Source: an uncultured Anaerolineales bacterium (GTDB lineage Bacteria; Chloroflexota; Anaerolineae; Anaerolineales; UBA11858). From it: a stretch of 64,000 nt of DNA. Below are positions 18,432 to 26,708 of the stretch, piece by piece (within the stretch, counting starts at the first letter, position 1; every line of letters begins with the position of its first letter). The notes beneath the pieces were generated by a model, which saw only the letters and a list, made by a program, of their open reading frames with translations, ran no database searches and had not been told where the DNA came from. Made by a program: the position numbers and the translations under genes. The stretch covers positions 179,584-243,583 of the forward strand of contig CAZUMA010000002.1 of NCBI GenBank assembly GCA_964621835.1, given 5' to 3'.

Positions 18432-19499
18432 TTACCGCAGCACTGTCTCCCGCCAGGCTTCGATCCAGACCTCACGGTTGTCCGCGATCGCCTGGTAGCT
18501 GACTTCTGCTGTGGACTCTGGAACCTCCAGATAATCTAAAAAAACTGGATCCAGCTGAGCGTTCTCATTGACTGGAAAGACATACATATTGAGGGGAATA
18601 TCCTCCTGGAATGTGGGGGAGAGCATATGATCAATCCAGGCTTCAGCCAGCTTGCGATGTTCAGTTCCCTGCAGGATTCCCACGAACTCAATCTGCCGAA
18701 AACAGCTTTCATTTCCTGTCACCGCAGCAGTTGGGGCTTCCTGCACTTGCTCTTCTGCCAACAGCACCTCAAACGGCGGGCTGGAAGCATAGGAAACCAC
18801 GATTGGGTACGGTCCGCCAGCCTGGCTGAAGGCAGAATAATAGGCGGTCTCCCAATCATTCACAACATGGACCTGGTTTTCAACCAGCTTCTCCCAGTAA
18901 TCAAGATAGCCATCCTCTCCAAACCGACCGATCGTAGCCAGAAGGAACGCCAACCCGGGGGAGGAGGTCGCGGGATTTTCAACCGTCAGCAATCCCCGGT
19001 ATGCCGGTTTTGTCAGGTCCTCCAGGGAGGTTGGCGGGGCGAGATCCCGCTCTTCAAAATAGGACTTCTGATAGTTCAGGCAAACGTCCCCGAAGTCTAC
19101 CGGAAGTGCCCGGTGCTGGGGGTCAATCTCAAACCGGTCAGGGATCTCTGTAAGGAGCGGGGATGAATAGGATTCAAAGATATCTTCCTCCAGGGCTCGA
19201 CTGAGGAAGGTATTATCCACCCCGTAAAGGATATCTGCCAATGGATTCTGCTTGGTGAGGATTGCTTTGTTCACTGCAGTTCCAGTATCCCCTGCTTCAA
19301 GAAACTGCACTTTGACATTGTGCTGCTGTTCAAAAGCATTGATGACTGTGTCTGAGGCGGCGAATGAGTCGTGGGTCATTACTGTCAAAATCTTCTCCTC
19401 AGCTGGTGGGGATTGAATCCCCCCTCCCAGCCGGCCACAACCTGCAGCTAGAAGGATGAGCAAGCTGAAGTACTGAAGAATCCGGGTTCTTATGGTCAT
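18432..19499 (-). CDS. thiB: Thiamine ABC transporter substrate-binding lipoprotein
   Basis: Lipobox LLAAGCG. Has the length and composition of a periplasmic binding protein. Positioned between thiN and thiP under a TPP riboswitch. Confidence 0.8.
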   Translation of the reverse strand: MTIRTRILQYFSLLILLAAGCGRLGGGIQSPPAEEKILTVMTHDSFAASDTVINAFEQQHNVKVQFLEAGDTGTAVNKAILTKQNPLADILYGVDNTFLSRALEEDIFESYSSPLLTEIPDRFEIDPQHRALPVDFGDVCLNYQKSYFEERDLAPPTSLEDLTKPAYRGLLTVENPATSSPGLAFLLATIGRFGEDGYLDYWEKLVENQVHVVNDWETAYYSAFSQAGGPYPIVVSYASSPPFEVLLAEEQVQEAPTAAVTGNESCFRQIEFVGILQGTEHRKLAEAWIDHMLSPTFQEDIPLNMYVFPVNENAQLDPVFLDYLEVPESTAEVSYQAIADNREVWIEAWRETVLR

Positions 19500-19512
19500 T
19501 GTACACCTCCTG

Positions 19513-20154
19513 TCAACCTGCGTTGCGGGTATGAATCACCGCCAGAAGACCCTGCTCGAGGCGGATCGAAGCCTGCTCCCCGGTCAGGCGGTTGCTGATC
19601 CCGCGTGTGGTTCCAAATCCAAGGGCCTCATCATTCAGCGGGTATTCAAGGTTTGTGGTGCGGATCCCTGAACTCCCGGGAAGCAGTGCCAGCAGAGATA
19701 CCGTATCTCCCACTATACCGGTAATTTCCAGGGTGTCCCCCGGGCGCAGGATCTGCACCTCTTGCCGGCCGCAGATCAGGGTTGCTGGAATCTGCAGGTC
19801 CGGGTGAGCCAGGAGCATCAGGTTGCCAAAAGTCATGTCCAGGCGGCCGCCTACCGCTCCGTAGACAATGATCTCCCTGGCTCCCCGTTCTTGAGCATAC
19901 AAAAGCGCCAATTCCAGGTCTGTTTCATCCTTTCGATGGGGGTGCTGGATGATCTTCACACCCTGGTTCTTCCACTCCTCTAAAAGGTCATCCGGTGTGG
20001 AATCCAGATCCCCGATCAGTGCATCCGGGAGAAGACCAAGGGCCTGGCAGTGCATACACCCACCATCCGCTGCGACAACAAGCTCTTCCCCGGTGAGAGC
20101 CAGGTCATTCAAGGAACTGCAGAGATCGCCGTTGGCAAAGATTATCGCCCGCAT
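19513..20154 (-). CDS. thiN: Thiamine pyrophosphokinase
   Basis: MRAIIFANGD..., AADGG, LIGDLDS, HRKDETDLELAL. I place the start at the ATG at 20154. The listed N-terminal extension up to 20283 is the riboswitch terminator. Confidence 0.9.
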   Translation of the reverse strand: MRAIIFANGDLCSSLNDLALTGEELVVAADGGCMHCQALGLLPDALIGDLDSTPDDLLEEWKNQGVKIIQHPHRKDETDLELALLYAQERGAREIIVYGAVGGRLDMTFGNLMLLAHPDLQIPATLICGRQEVQILRPGDTLEITGIVGDTVSLLALLPGSSGIRTTNLEYPLNDEALGFGTTRGISNRLTGEQASIRLEQGLLAVIHTRNAG

Positions 20155-20244
20155 TGTGATGTCCTTTTTGCTCCCGCACTGGCTGACCCTTATCCTGAAT
20201 GGTGATTTTTCAGCGTTCCCGGGTTTTTTCAGCCAGCACAGCCA

Positions 20245-20272
20245 TAAAAAAAGCTCCTCCGTGTGGAGGAGC
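20245..20272 (-). terminator. Intrinsic terminator (riboswitch expression platform)
   Basis: On the minus strand: GCTCCTCC-acac-GGAGGAGC followed by TTTTTTT. It lies between the TPP aptamer and the thiN start. Confidence 0.85.
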
Positions 20273-20287
20273 CAGATTTTCATCTAA

Positions 20288-20376
20288 GCATCCCTCCGCC
20301 GGTATCATCCGGATCAGGTTCCGCGGGTCGAAAGCTCTCACTTTCCTCTCAGCCAATCTTCTGGCTCCCCGTGCTG
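20288..20376 (-). promoter_or_regulatory. TPP (THI-box) riboswitch aptamer
   Basis: The minus strand reads CACGGGGAGCCAGAAGAUUGGCUGAGAGGAAAGUGAGAGCUUUCGACCCGCGGAACCUGAUCCGGAUGAUACCGGCGGAGGGAUGC. It contains the conserved CUGAGA, ACCC and AACCUGAUCCGGAUGAUACCGGCG.AGGGA elements. Confidence 0.9.
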
Positions 20377-20467
20377 TCTTTTGGTTTGCTGAACCTAGTA
20401 TAGAACCAGGATCTTATGCTGTCAAGCGATCTAAGAAGAGATCATCTCCCTCGATGCTGTTTTCCCT

Positions 20468-20866
20468 TTATCCTGAAAAAAATGGGACCAAGGTGCCAAG
20501 AATTCCCCCGACAGCCAGGTTCCAGAATATTTTGTCAATGGGTAAGGGGGTTTTTGAGATCAGGGCAATCACGCTGAAAAGCACTGCAGCGCTATACGCG
20601 ATCCCCTGGTAGAGTCCTGGATCGTTTAACACCCGGTATACCAACCCGGCGGCGGCGCCAAAAAACAGGGCAGTCCCCAGAAAACCGAGTGCGAGGTACA
20701 GCGCGATTTGTTGCCCCGAAGCCGAAGTTTGCTCCTGGGCATCAGCCTGAAAGACCTGGGCCACAGCCGGGTGACGAAATAGGAGATGTCCCAGGAAAAC
20801 CAGTCCCAGGATTAATCCTGAAAGGATGCCAGCTAAAAGGGGGTTCATTTTTTTTCTCCTTATCAT
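20468..20866 (-). CDS. Small four-TM membrane protein, unknown function
   Basis: 132-aa hydrophobic ORF immediately downstream of the Yip1-like gene. Confidence 0.55.
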   Translation of the reverse strand: MIRRKKMNPLLAGILSGLILGLVFLGHLLFRHPAVAQVFQADAQEQTSASGQQIALYLALGFLGTALFFGAAAGLVYRVLNDPGLYQGIAYSAAVLFSVIALISKTPLPIDKIFWNLAVGGILGTLVPFFSG

Positions 20867-20870
20867 CCAC

Positions 20871-21485
20871 TCAGCGGATGAACACTAAAAACATCACAAA
20901 ACTTGTCAGGGTGAGCAGGCATCCGATCGCGATGGCTCTCACCCAGGAAATTTGATGGGTTTCCCGGAAACCGATAGCAGTCATCCCGATTTGCCAGCAG
21001 ACTGGAATGACCATGATGCGGAGCACATCCAGCTACAACGGGAAACCACGGCCCAGCAGGGGAACGAGAAAAGTCTCCGGAATCCATTGGGTATAAAATG
21101 TGGGCACGACCCACGCCAATCCAGCCGTGATGGCAGCCTCCTCAAACCGGTAAGAATCCTCAATCCTCCGTCCGGCGAGTTCCGCGAGGTGCCCGATCCC
21201 TGAAATCATCACCCACGTGAAAACTCCCCATGGGATTGTCCAAATCATCTGGTAGAGATAAACCGTCTCCAGAGGGGCCAGCAGCCAGGGATCAAACGCC
21301 GGCTGTCGATTGACCAGAAAGTAATAGATGCCCACTGTGATACTGTAAAGGAATGCATACAGGAAGATATTCCAGAAGCTCAAGGCCAGATGATCGGGAT
21401 CCTGGCGGATCTCCTGGATCACACGGCGGGGATGGGAAGCGGCCCGAAACCAGTTCAGGACAGACCTGGTGAGGGTGTATTGCAT
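20871..21485 (-). pseudogene. Yip1-like polytopic membrane protein interrupted by one in-frame TAG
   Basis: The listed ORF 21033..21485 ends ...GRGFPL-TAG. The same frame continues LDVLRIMVIPVCWQIGMTAIGFRETHQISWVRAIAIGCLLTLTSFVMFLVFIR to a TGA at 20871..20873, adding the missing C-terminal TM helices. Confidence 0.5.
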
Positions 21486-21495
21486 GAGGAATTCC

Positions 21496-22113
21496 TCAGG
21501 ATGAGTGAATGTTCAGCAGCCGCAGCACAGCAGCAGCAATCCTTTGCTCAGGTTGGTCCAACCATGCTTGATCGTAGGTCAGATTGAGGCCATTAAACAG
21601 TCCGAAGAACATCATCGCCAGCAGCCAGGGATCCTGATCCTCCGCGAGGCTTCCTTCCGCCTTGGCCTGGTTCAGGATGGAAACCATGTTTTTTGTATAT
21701 TGAACTCCGATGACCTCCATATTGATCTCCAGGTCTAAGAAGAGATCATCGCCTCCCTGACCAAGCAGCGATAAAAGGATCCTGTTAAAGTCGCCCTGCC
21801 TGCGACCGAATGTGATTGTTTCCCCGATCACCTGGTGAAGTTTTTCGACAGCGCTTTGCCGACTAGCAGCAGCCCGGGAAAAGATGTCCCCGAGCTCTTC
21901 GAAGCCAGCCATCAAAACCGCTTTCAACAGGGCTTGCTTGCTTTCAAAGTACCAGTACAGATTTCCTGTGCTCATCCCGGCTGCCCGGGCGATATCAGAC
22001 ACCCGGCAGGAAAAATATCCCTGCTGGGCGAACATCCGGCGGGCGGCTTGGATCAAAGCAGATCTGCTTTGAGCGCGCATTTTCTGGTTGAGCTTCTGGT
22101 CGCGGGGGGACAT
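21496..22113 (-). CDS. TetR/AcrR-family transcriptional regulator
   Basis: HTH region RRMFAQQGYFSCRVSDIARAAGMSTGNLYWYFESKQALL. I place the start at the ATG at 22113, which is preceded by GGGAG. Confidence 0.85.
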   Translation of the reverse strand: MSPRDQKLNQKMRAQSRSALIQAARRMFAQQGYFSCRVSDIARAAGMSTGNLYWYFESKQALLKAVLMAGFEELGDIFSRAAASRQSAVEKLHQVIGETITFGRRQGDFNRILLSLLGQGGDDLFLDLEINMEVIGVQYTKNMVSILNQAKAEGSLAEDQDPWLLAMMFFGLFNGLNLTYDQAWLDQPEQRIAAAVLRLLNIHSS

Positions 22114-22254
22114 ACCCTGCTCCCTCACTGAATACTTGTTCAGTGAAGAATATATCATTGAACATAAATTCAGTCAATAGGGAAGCAGGAGGGCTGATGG
22201 AATTCGAACAGCTCCCGGTTGGAGATCGATCCAGCCGGCGGGATCCGTTTGGGC

Positions 22255-23049
22255 TCAGGTCCGCAGGGCTGTTTTCAGCAGATGCTGATTTGAAGGAGAA
22301 AAGCTTGGAAGGACTGTCCGGACAACCCGGGTGATTCGGGGCTGGGCCGCACTGGTCAGCTGCCGGGAGAGAAAGTACATGGTCTCCTGTTCTGAGCGCT
22401 GGATCAAGGTTTGCAGTACCCTGGATATCTCTGTGACCAATCCAGACTCTTTATCCTCGAGAATCTGGCTAAGCAGATAATAGGCAAATGGCAAATCTTG
22501 AAATGCCTCACATCCGGCCAGGGCATTCAAGCCGCAGAGAACAGCCTGGTGGGATCGCTGCGTTGGTTTGATGAGAAGCCCTTCCAGAAAGACTGCGGAG
22601 GCCTCCGGCATTTGCTGATTGATTTTTGCTAACCCTGCGGTGATGACCTCACAGCGGATCGTATCGGATGCGGGAGAGGATGTCCATGCTTTGAGACGGT
22701 CCAGGATGGATGCGGGATTGAGGGGTGGGATCTGCCCCAGGAAGGCTGCTGCCAGCATGCGGGTTTCAAGATATTCCTCTTCCCACAGCGCATCGACCAG
22801 CAGCAGTCCCTGGGAAGGAGAGATCGTCATGAAACGCTTGATTTCCCTTTCTACCGTCCGCAGCACAGGTGTGGGGACCTGATAGCTGGGCAGTTTTGAT
22901 ACTGTTGATGTCCGACCGGATCGGTGGATATGGTCAGCATACTTCTGCAGCAGATCATGCAGCTCTCTTACAAACTGATCAGGATCAGTGAAGTGCGATG
23001 ATAGTTCCGCGCAGTGAATGGTGAGCTGTGCCGGATTAATAGCGGTCAT
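22255..23049 (-). CDS. All-alpha HEAT-like repeat protein (possible DNA-alkylation-repair-like family)
   Basis: 264-aa helical-repeat composition (LLLVDALWEEEYLETRMLAAAFLGQIP). Its ATG overlaps the LOG-family stop as ATGA. Family assignment is weak. Confidence 0.45.
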   Translation of the reverse strand: MTAINPAQLTIHCAELSSHFTDPDQFVRELHDLLQKYADHIHRSGRTSTVSKLPSYQVPTPVLRTVEREIKRFMTISPSQGLLLVDALWEEEYLETRMLAAAFLGQIPPLNPASILDRLKAWTSSPASDTIRCEVITAGLAKINQQMPEASAVFLEGLLIKPTQRSHQAVLCGLNALAGCEAFQDLPFAYYLLSQILEDKESGLVTEISRVLQTLIQRSEQETMYFLSRQLTSAAQPRITRVVRTVLPSFSPSNQHLLKTALRT

Positions 23050-23618
23050 GGAAGGATCCGGAGTCTGCTGTTCAGCTCCGCTGCTGCCTGATCCGGATCG
23101 GGAGCGAAGATTAATCTCTCCCGATCTGCAGGCCGGATGAAGGCTGTCTGGTTGGAAAATAGATTGTGAAATGTCTCTTCCCAGCCCCGCCCGACCAGGA
23201 TAAACGGGCGCAGGGGGGTGGGGTGAATTTGGAATTCAGTCCACATCAAGGCGATTTCAGCCAGGGTCCCGATCCCACCCGGAAGGGCGATCGCGGCTTC
23301 ACAGCTGTCTATCAGAAAAAACAGCCGTTCACGCAGTGTGGGAAAACGGTGTTCCTCTTTGATCCATGGATTGGGTCCTTCAGGGCGCCACTGCTCGATC
23401 TCATCGCAGGTCACGCCAATGACATGCCCCCCGGCATCTGCCGCTCCCCTGGATACCGCTTCCATCAATCCCATATAGCCCCCGGTCTGGACGGTGAACC
23501 CCAGGTCTGCCAGCAGCTTTCCCAGGTGTACAGCCTGCTGGTAAACCGCTGTCTCGCGATCTGGGATGGACCCACCAAAGACCGTGATCACGCGGGATGA
23601 GAGGGGTTTTTCTGCCAT
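23046..23618 (-). CDS. LOG / TIGR00730-family nucleotide N-glycosidase (lysine-decarboxylase-like)
   Basis: ITVFGGS, GGYMGLMEAV and the PGGxGTxxE motif ALPGGIGTLAEI. Confidence 0.85.
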   Translation of the reverse strand: MAEKPLSSRVITVFGGSIPDRETAVYQQAVHLGKLLADLGFTVQTGGYMGLMEAVSRGAADAGGHVIGVTCDEIEQWRPEGPNPWIKEEHRFPTLRERLFFLIDSCEAAIALPGGIGTLAEIALMWTEFQIHPTPLRPFILVGRGWEETFHNLFSNQTAFIRPADRERLIFAPDPDQAAAELNSRLRILP

Positions 23619-23809
23619 GGCTATATTATAGAGGCCCTTTTGTGCCTGGAACAGGATATTAACTGGATCGGAAGCAGCTGATCCGGACGTGGTAGTTTTG
23701 TAATCAGGGATGCTTCTGGCACCGGTTTGTTTCCAAATTATACGCCACCCTTCTTAGTGTACAATTAGGATGGGTAACTGGAAGAGCTTTTTTGGAAGAA
23801 AATCTATTT

Positions 23810-26425
23810 ATGGACATCATTCTCACCCACGAACGGACTGATTTTGACGGGTTAGCTTCCCTGCTGGGAGCATATCTCCTGGATGAAAATCTCACCCCGG
23901 TTCTGCCGCGTCAGCTGAACCGAAACGTGGAAGCTTTCCTGATCCTTTATGGTCTTGAGCTGCCATTTATTGATCCCCGGGATTTACAAGGGGATCCGAT
24001 AGAATCGGTCTGTCTGGTGGATACGCAGGGGCTGACCAGCATTAAAGGGATGGTGGATGATCTCAAAGTCCGGGTCATTGATCATCACCCCCTGCGTCCG
24101 GATATCCCGGAAGAGTGGGAGACCACCATCCGGGAGACAGGGGCAACCACAACCATTTTTGTGGAAGCGATCCAGGAAAGGGAATTACCGCTTACTCCCA
24201 TTCAGGCCACCCTGCTGATACTGGGGATTTATGAGGACACGGGATCCCTGACCTACACACGCACCACAGCGGCAGATATCTTTGCTGCGGGCAGCCTGGT
24301 GGAGCAGGGCGCCAGTCTGGAAATTGTCGCAGATTATCTTAATCACCCGCTGTCCATGGAGCAGCAGCGGGTGTATGAAGAGCTGCGGGCGAATGCGGAA
24401 AGCCACATTATTCATGGTCACAGCCTGATTATTGCCCAGGCTGATGCAAGTGATCTGGAAGTTGAATTATCCAGTTTAGCCCATAAACTGCGCGATCTGC
24501 TCGATCCCGATGCGATCTTTTTGCTGCTCACCACCTCCGGAGGGGTGCAGATGATCGCCCGCTCCACGGATGACCATATTGATGTCAGCGCGGTGCTTTC
24601 TCAATTTGAGTCTGGAGGAGGCCATACCAGGGCCGCTGCTGCGTTGATTCACGACCGGGAAATCACCGAGATCCACCAGGAGCTTATCCAGATTCTTCCT
24701 CAATATGTTCAGCCTGCGGTGCGGGCAAAAGATATCATGTCCCGTGATCCGCAAACCCTCTCCCCGGACACATCGGTAAAAGATGCGGCAGATCTGATGG
24801 TGAAATTTGGTTATGAGGGGTATCCGGTAGTGGAAGGTGGGGAAGTGGTCGGCCTTCTTACCCGGCGGGCTGTGGATCGTGCCCTGACTCATGAACTGAA
24901 CCTGACCGCCAGAAGCCTCATGGAGGCGGGGAAGGTCCGGGTTTTTCCTTCTGACTCTCTGGAGCACATCCAGGATGTCATGGTTGAAACAGGGTGGGGG
25001 CAGATCCCGGTGGTCAGTTCGCGGTCAAAAAAAATTGTAGGGATTGTCACCCGCACGGATCTATTGAAGATCCTTGCCCCCAGCCGCCCTTCCCCGGGTC
25101 GCCAGAACCTGGCCTCTCGATTAGAGGCGATCCTTCCGCAGCCTCGCCTGGCATTGTTGCAGAGGATTGCAGATATTGCTGCCAGGGAGAAAGCAGCCCT
25201 GTATATTGTGGGGGGGTTTGTTCGGGATCTCCTGCTCGATTATCCAAGCCTTGATTTTGACCTGGTTGTTGAAGGGGATGGAATCTCCCTGGCAAAATCT
25301 GTTCAAGAGGTGTATGGGGGGCGTGTGACCAGTCACAACCGGTTTGGAACGGCAAAATGGTTTCTGGATGTTGACAGCTTTGCTGATCTTGGCGAGCCTG
25401 ACGAACTCCAGGAAGCGTTCCCCGATGCGTTGGATTTCATCACGGCCAGAACTGAGTTCTACACCCATCCGTCCGCCCTTCCGACCGTGGAGCAGAGCTC
25501 CATTAAGCTGGATCTCCACCGCCGGGATTTCACCATCAATACCTTGGCGCTGCGGTTGGATGGACGCCATTATGGTGAACTTTACGATTATTGGGGTGGG
25601 CTGGATGACTTGAAGCAGAAACATCTGAAAGTGCTTCATTCCCTCTCGTTTGTGGATGATCCGACGAGGATCCTCCGCGCTGTGCGGTATGAACAGCGGT
25701 ACGATTTTAAGATTGATGCTCGGACCCGCCAGCTGCTATTTGAAGCAAAGGAGATGATCAAACGTGTCTCCGGAGATCGGATCCGCCATGAACTGGATCG
25801 GATCTTTGATGAGCCGAAAGCACCCCGAATGATGGAGCGGCTTCAGGAATTGTCCATCCTTACCGCCATCCACCCCGCTTTGTCCTGGGACGAGGAGCTT
25901 TCCAGGCTGGCAGAAGATCTGCCAGACAAGCAGCCCCCTGCCGACTGGAGGATCGATCCAGAGGGAATCGGCATGCCCCTGACCAGAATGCTTTTGTATA
26001 TGGTCTGGCTGATTCGAATGCCTGAGAAAGAGGACTTGATTAACAGGCTGAAACTGTTGAGCGCTGTATCCGATCTGATTCTTCAAGCCTCTCATTTAAT
26101 TGAGATCTTGGAGGAGCTCCAGGATCTCCCGGCGAGCACCGCGACCGCGCGGCTGGAAAAAATTCCCAACCTGGCAGTATACGCAGTATACCTGTCTACC
26201 GAAGACTCAGGGTTCCGGGGGGTTCTCTCCCGCTATCTTTCTTCCTGGCAGCATGTGGAAACGAATCTTAGCGGGCAGGATCTCAAAGATTATGGGCTTC
26301 CTCCTGGTCCACGCTACTCCGAGATCCTAACCCGGCTCCGGAACGCCTGGTTGGATGGGGTTGTGACCAATCAGAAGGAAGAACAAGCGCTCTTTGAGAA
26401 GCTGCTCGCGTCCGGGAAAGAGTGA
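23810..26425 (+). CDS. DHH-DHHA1 phosphoesterase / CBS pair / class II nucleotidyltransferase (CCA-adding or poly(A) polymerase) fusion protein
   Basis: N-terminus HERTDFDGLAS and RVIDHHP (DHH). Middle has two CBS-like segments (IMSRDPQTLSP..., ...GIVTRTDLLK). C-terminal half has LYIVGGFVRDLLL and DFDLVVEGD (PolyA_pol head). The ATG at 23810 is preferred over the TTG at 23792. Confidence 0.85.
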   Translation: MDIILTHERTDFDGLASLLGAYLLDENLTPVLPRQLNRNVEAFLILYGLELPFIDPRDLQGDPIESVCLVDTQGLTSIKGMVDDLKVRVIDHHPLRPDIPEEWETTIRETGATTTIFVEAIQERELPLTPIQATLLILGIYEDTGSLTYTRTTAADIFAAGSLVEQGASLEIVADYLNHPLSMEQQRVYEELRANAESHIIHGHSLIIAQADASDLEVELSSLAHKLRDLLDPDAIFLLLTTSGGVQMIARSTDDHIDVSAVLSQFESGGGHTRAAAALIHDREITEIHQELIQILPQYVQPAVRAKDIMSRDPQTLSPDTSVKDAADLMVKFGYEGYPVVEGGEVVGLLTRRAVDRALTHELNLTARSLMEAGKVRVFPSDSLEHIQDVMVETGWGQIPVVSSRSKKIVGIVTRTDLLKILAPSRPSPGRQNLASRLEAILPQPRLALLQRIADIAAREKAALYIVGGFVRDLLLDYPSLDFDLVVEGDGISLAKSVQEVYGGRVTSHNRFGTAKWFLDVDSFADLGEPDELQEAFPDALDFITARTEFYTHPSALPTVEQSSIKLDLHRRDFTINTLALRLDGRHYGELYDYWGGLDDLKQKHLKVLHSLSFVDDPTRILRAVRYEQRYDFKIDARTRQLLFEAKEMIKRVSGDRIRHELDRIFDEPKAPRMMERLQELSILTAIHPALSWDEELSRLAEDLPDKQPPADWRIDPEGIGMPLTRMLLYMVWLIRMPEKEDLINRLKLLSAVSDLILQASHLIEILEELQDLPASTATARLEKIPNLAVYAVYLSTEDSGFRGVLSRYLSSWQHVETNLSGQDLKDYGLPPGPRYSEILTRLRNAWLDGVVTNQKEEQALFEKLLASGKE

Positions 26426-26560
26426 AGGGTATCTACCTTGTTTCAGCGGAATCCGGGGGCGCGCGATTGGTTTGCGGGGGAGTGGCTGAGGATGGATGGA
26501 GACCCATCCCGGCCATCTGGATCTTGAAAAAGCCCTGATCGGACTGGACTTTGAACCCTC

Positions 26561-26589
26561 TTGCCATTCACGACTGTTCGTGATAAAAT
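26561..26589 (+). promoter_or_regulatory. Sigma-70-type promoter upstream of nusA
   Basis: TTGCCA (26561-26566), a 17-nt spacer, then TGaTAAAAT (-10 at 26584-26589 with extended TG). Confidence 0.55.
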
Positions 26590-26627
26590 CTTTTCCTAGA
26601 GAGGTAGAAATACTGGCGGCAACGGAA

Positions 26628-26651
26628 AGTGGGTCTACCCCACTTTTTTTA
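26628..26651 (+). terminator. Intrinsic terminator in the nusA leader (or a distal terminator of the upstream gene)
   Basis: AGTGGG-tctac-CCCACT followed by TTTTTTTA. It lies ~35 nt after the predicted start site and ~58 nt before the nusA ATG. Confidence 0.65.
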
Positions 26652-26708
26652 TTGCTAGATTAACCAGCCCCGCTGCCCCTCATGTCCAGGAATTGTGGAG
26701 AGAACGAG

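Noticed and set aside
20155-20283. N-terminal 43 residues of the listed thiamine pyrophosphokinase ORF (MKIWLLHTEELFLW...).
   Set aside because: This stretch is the riboswitch terminator hairpin and U-tract read as protein. The conserved kinase sequence begins at MRAIIFANGD.
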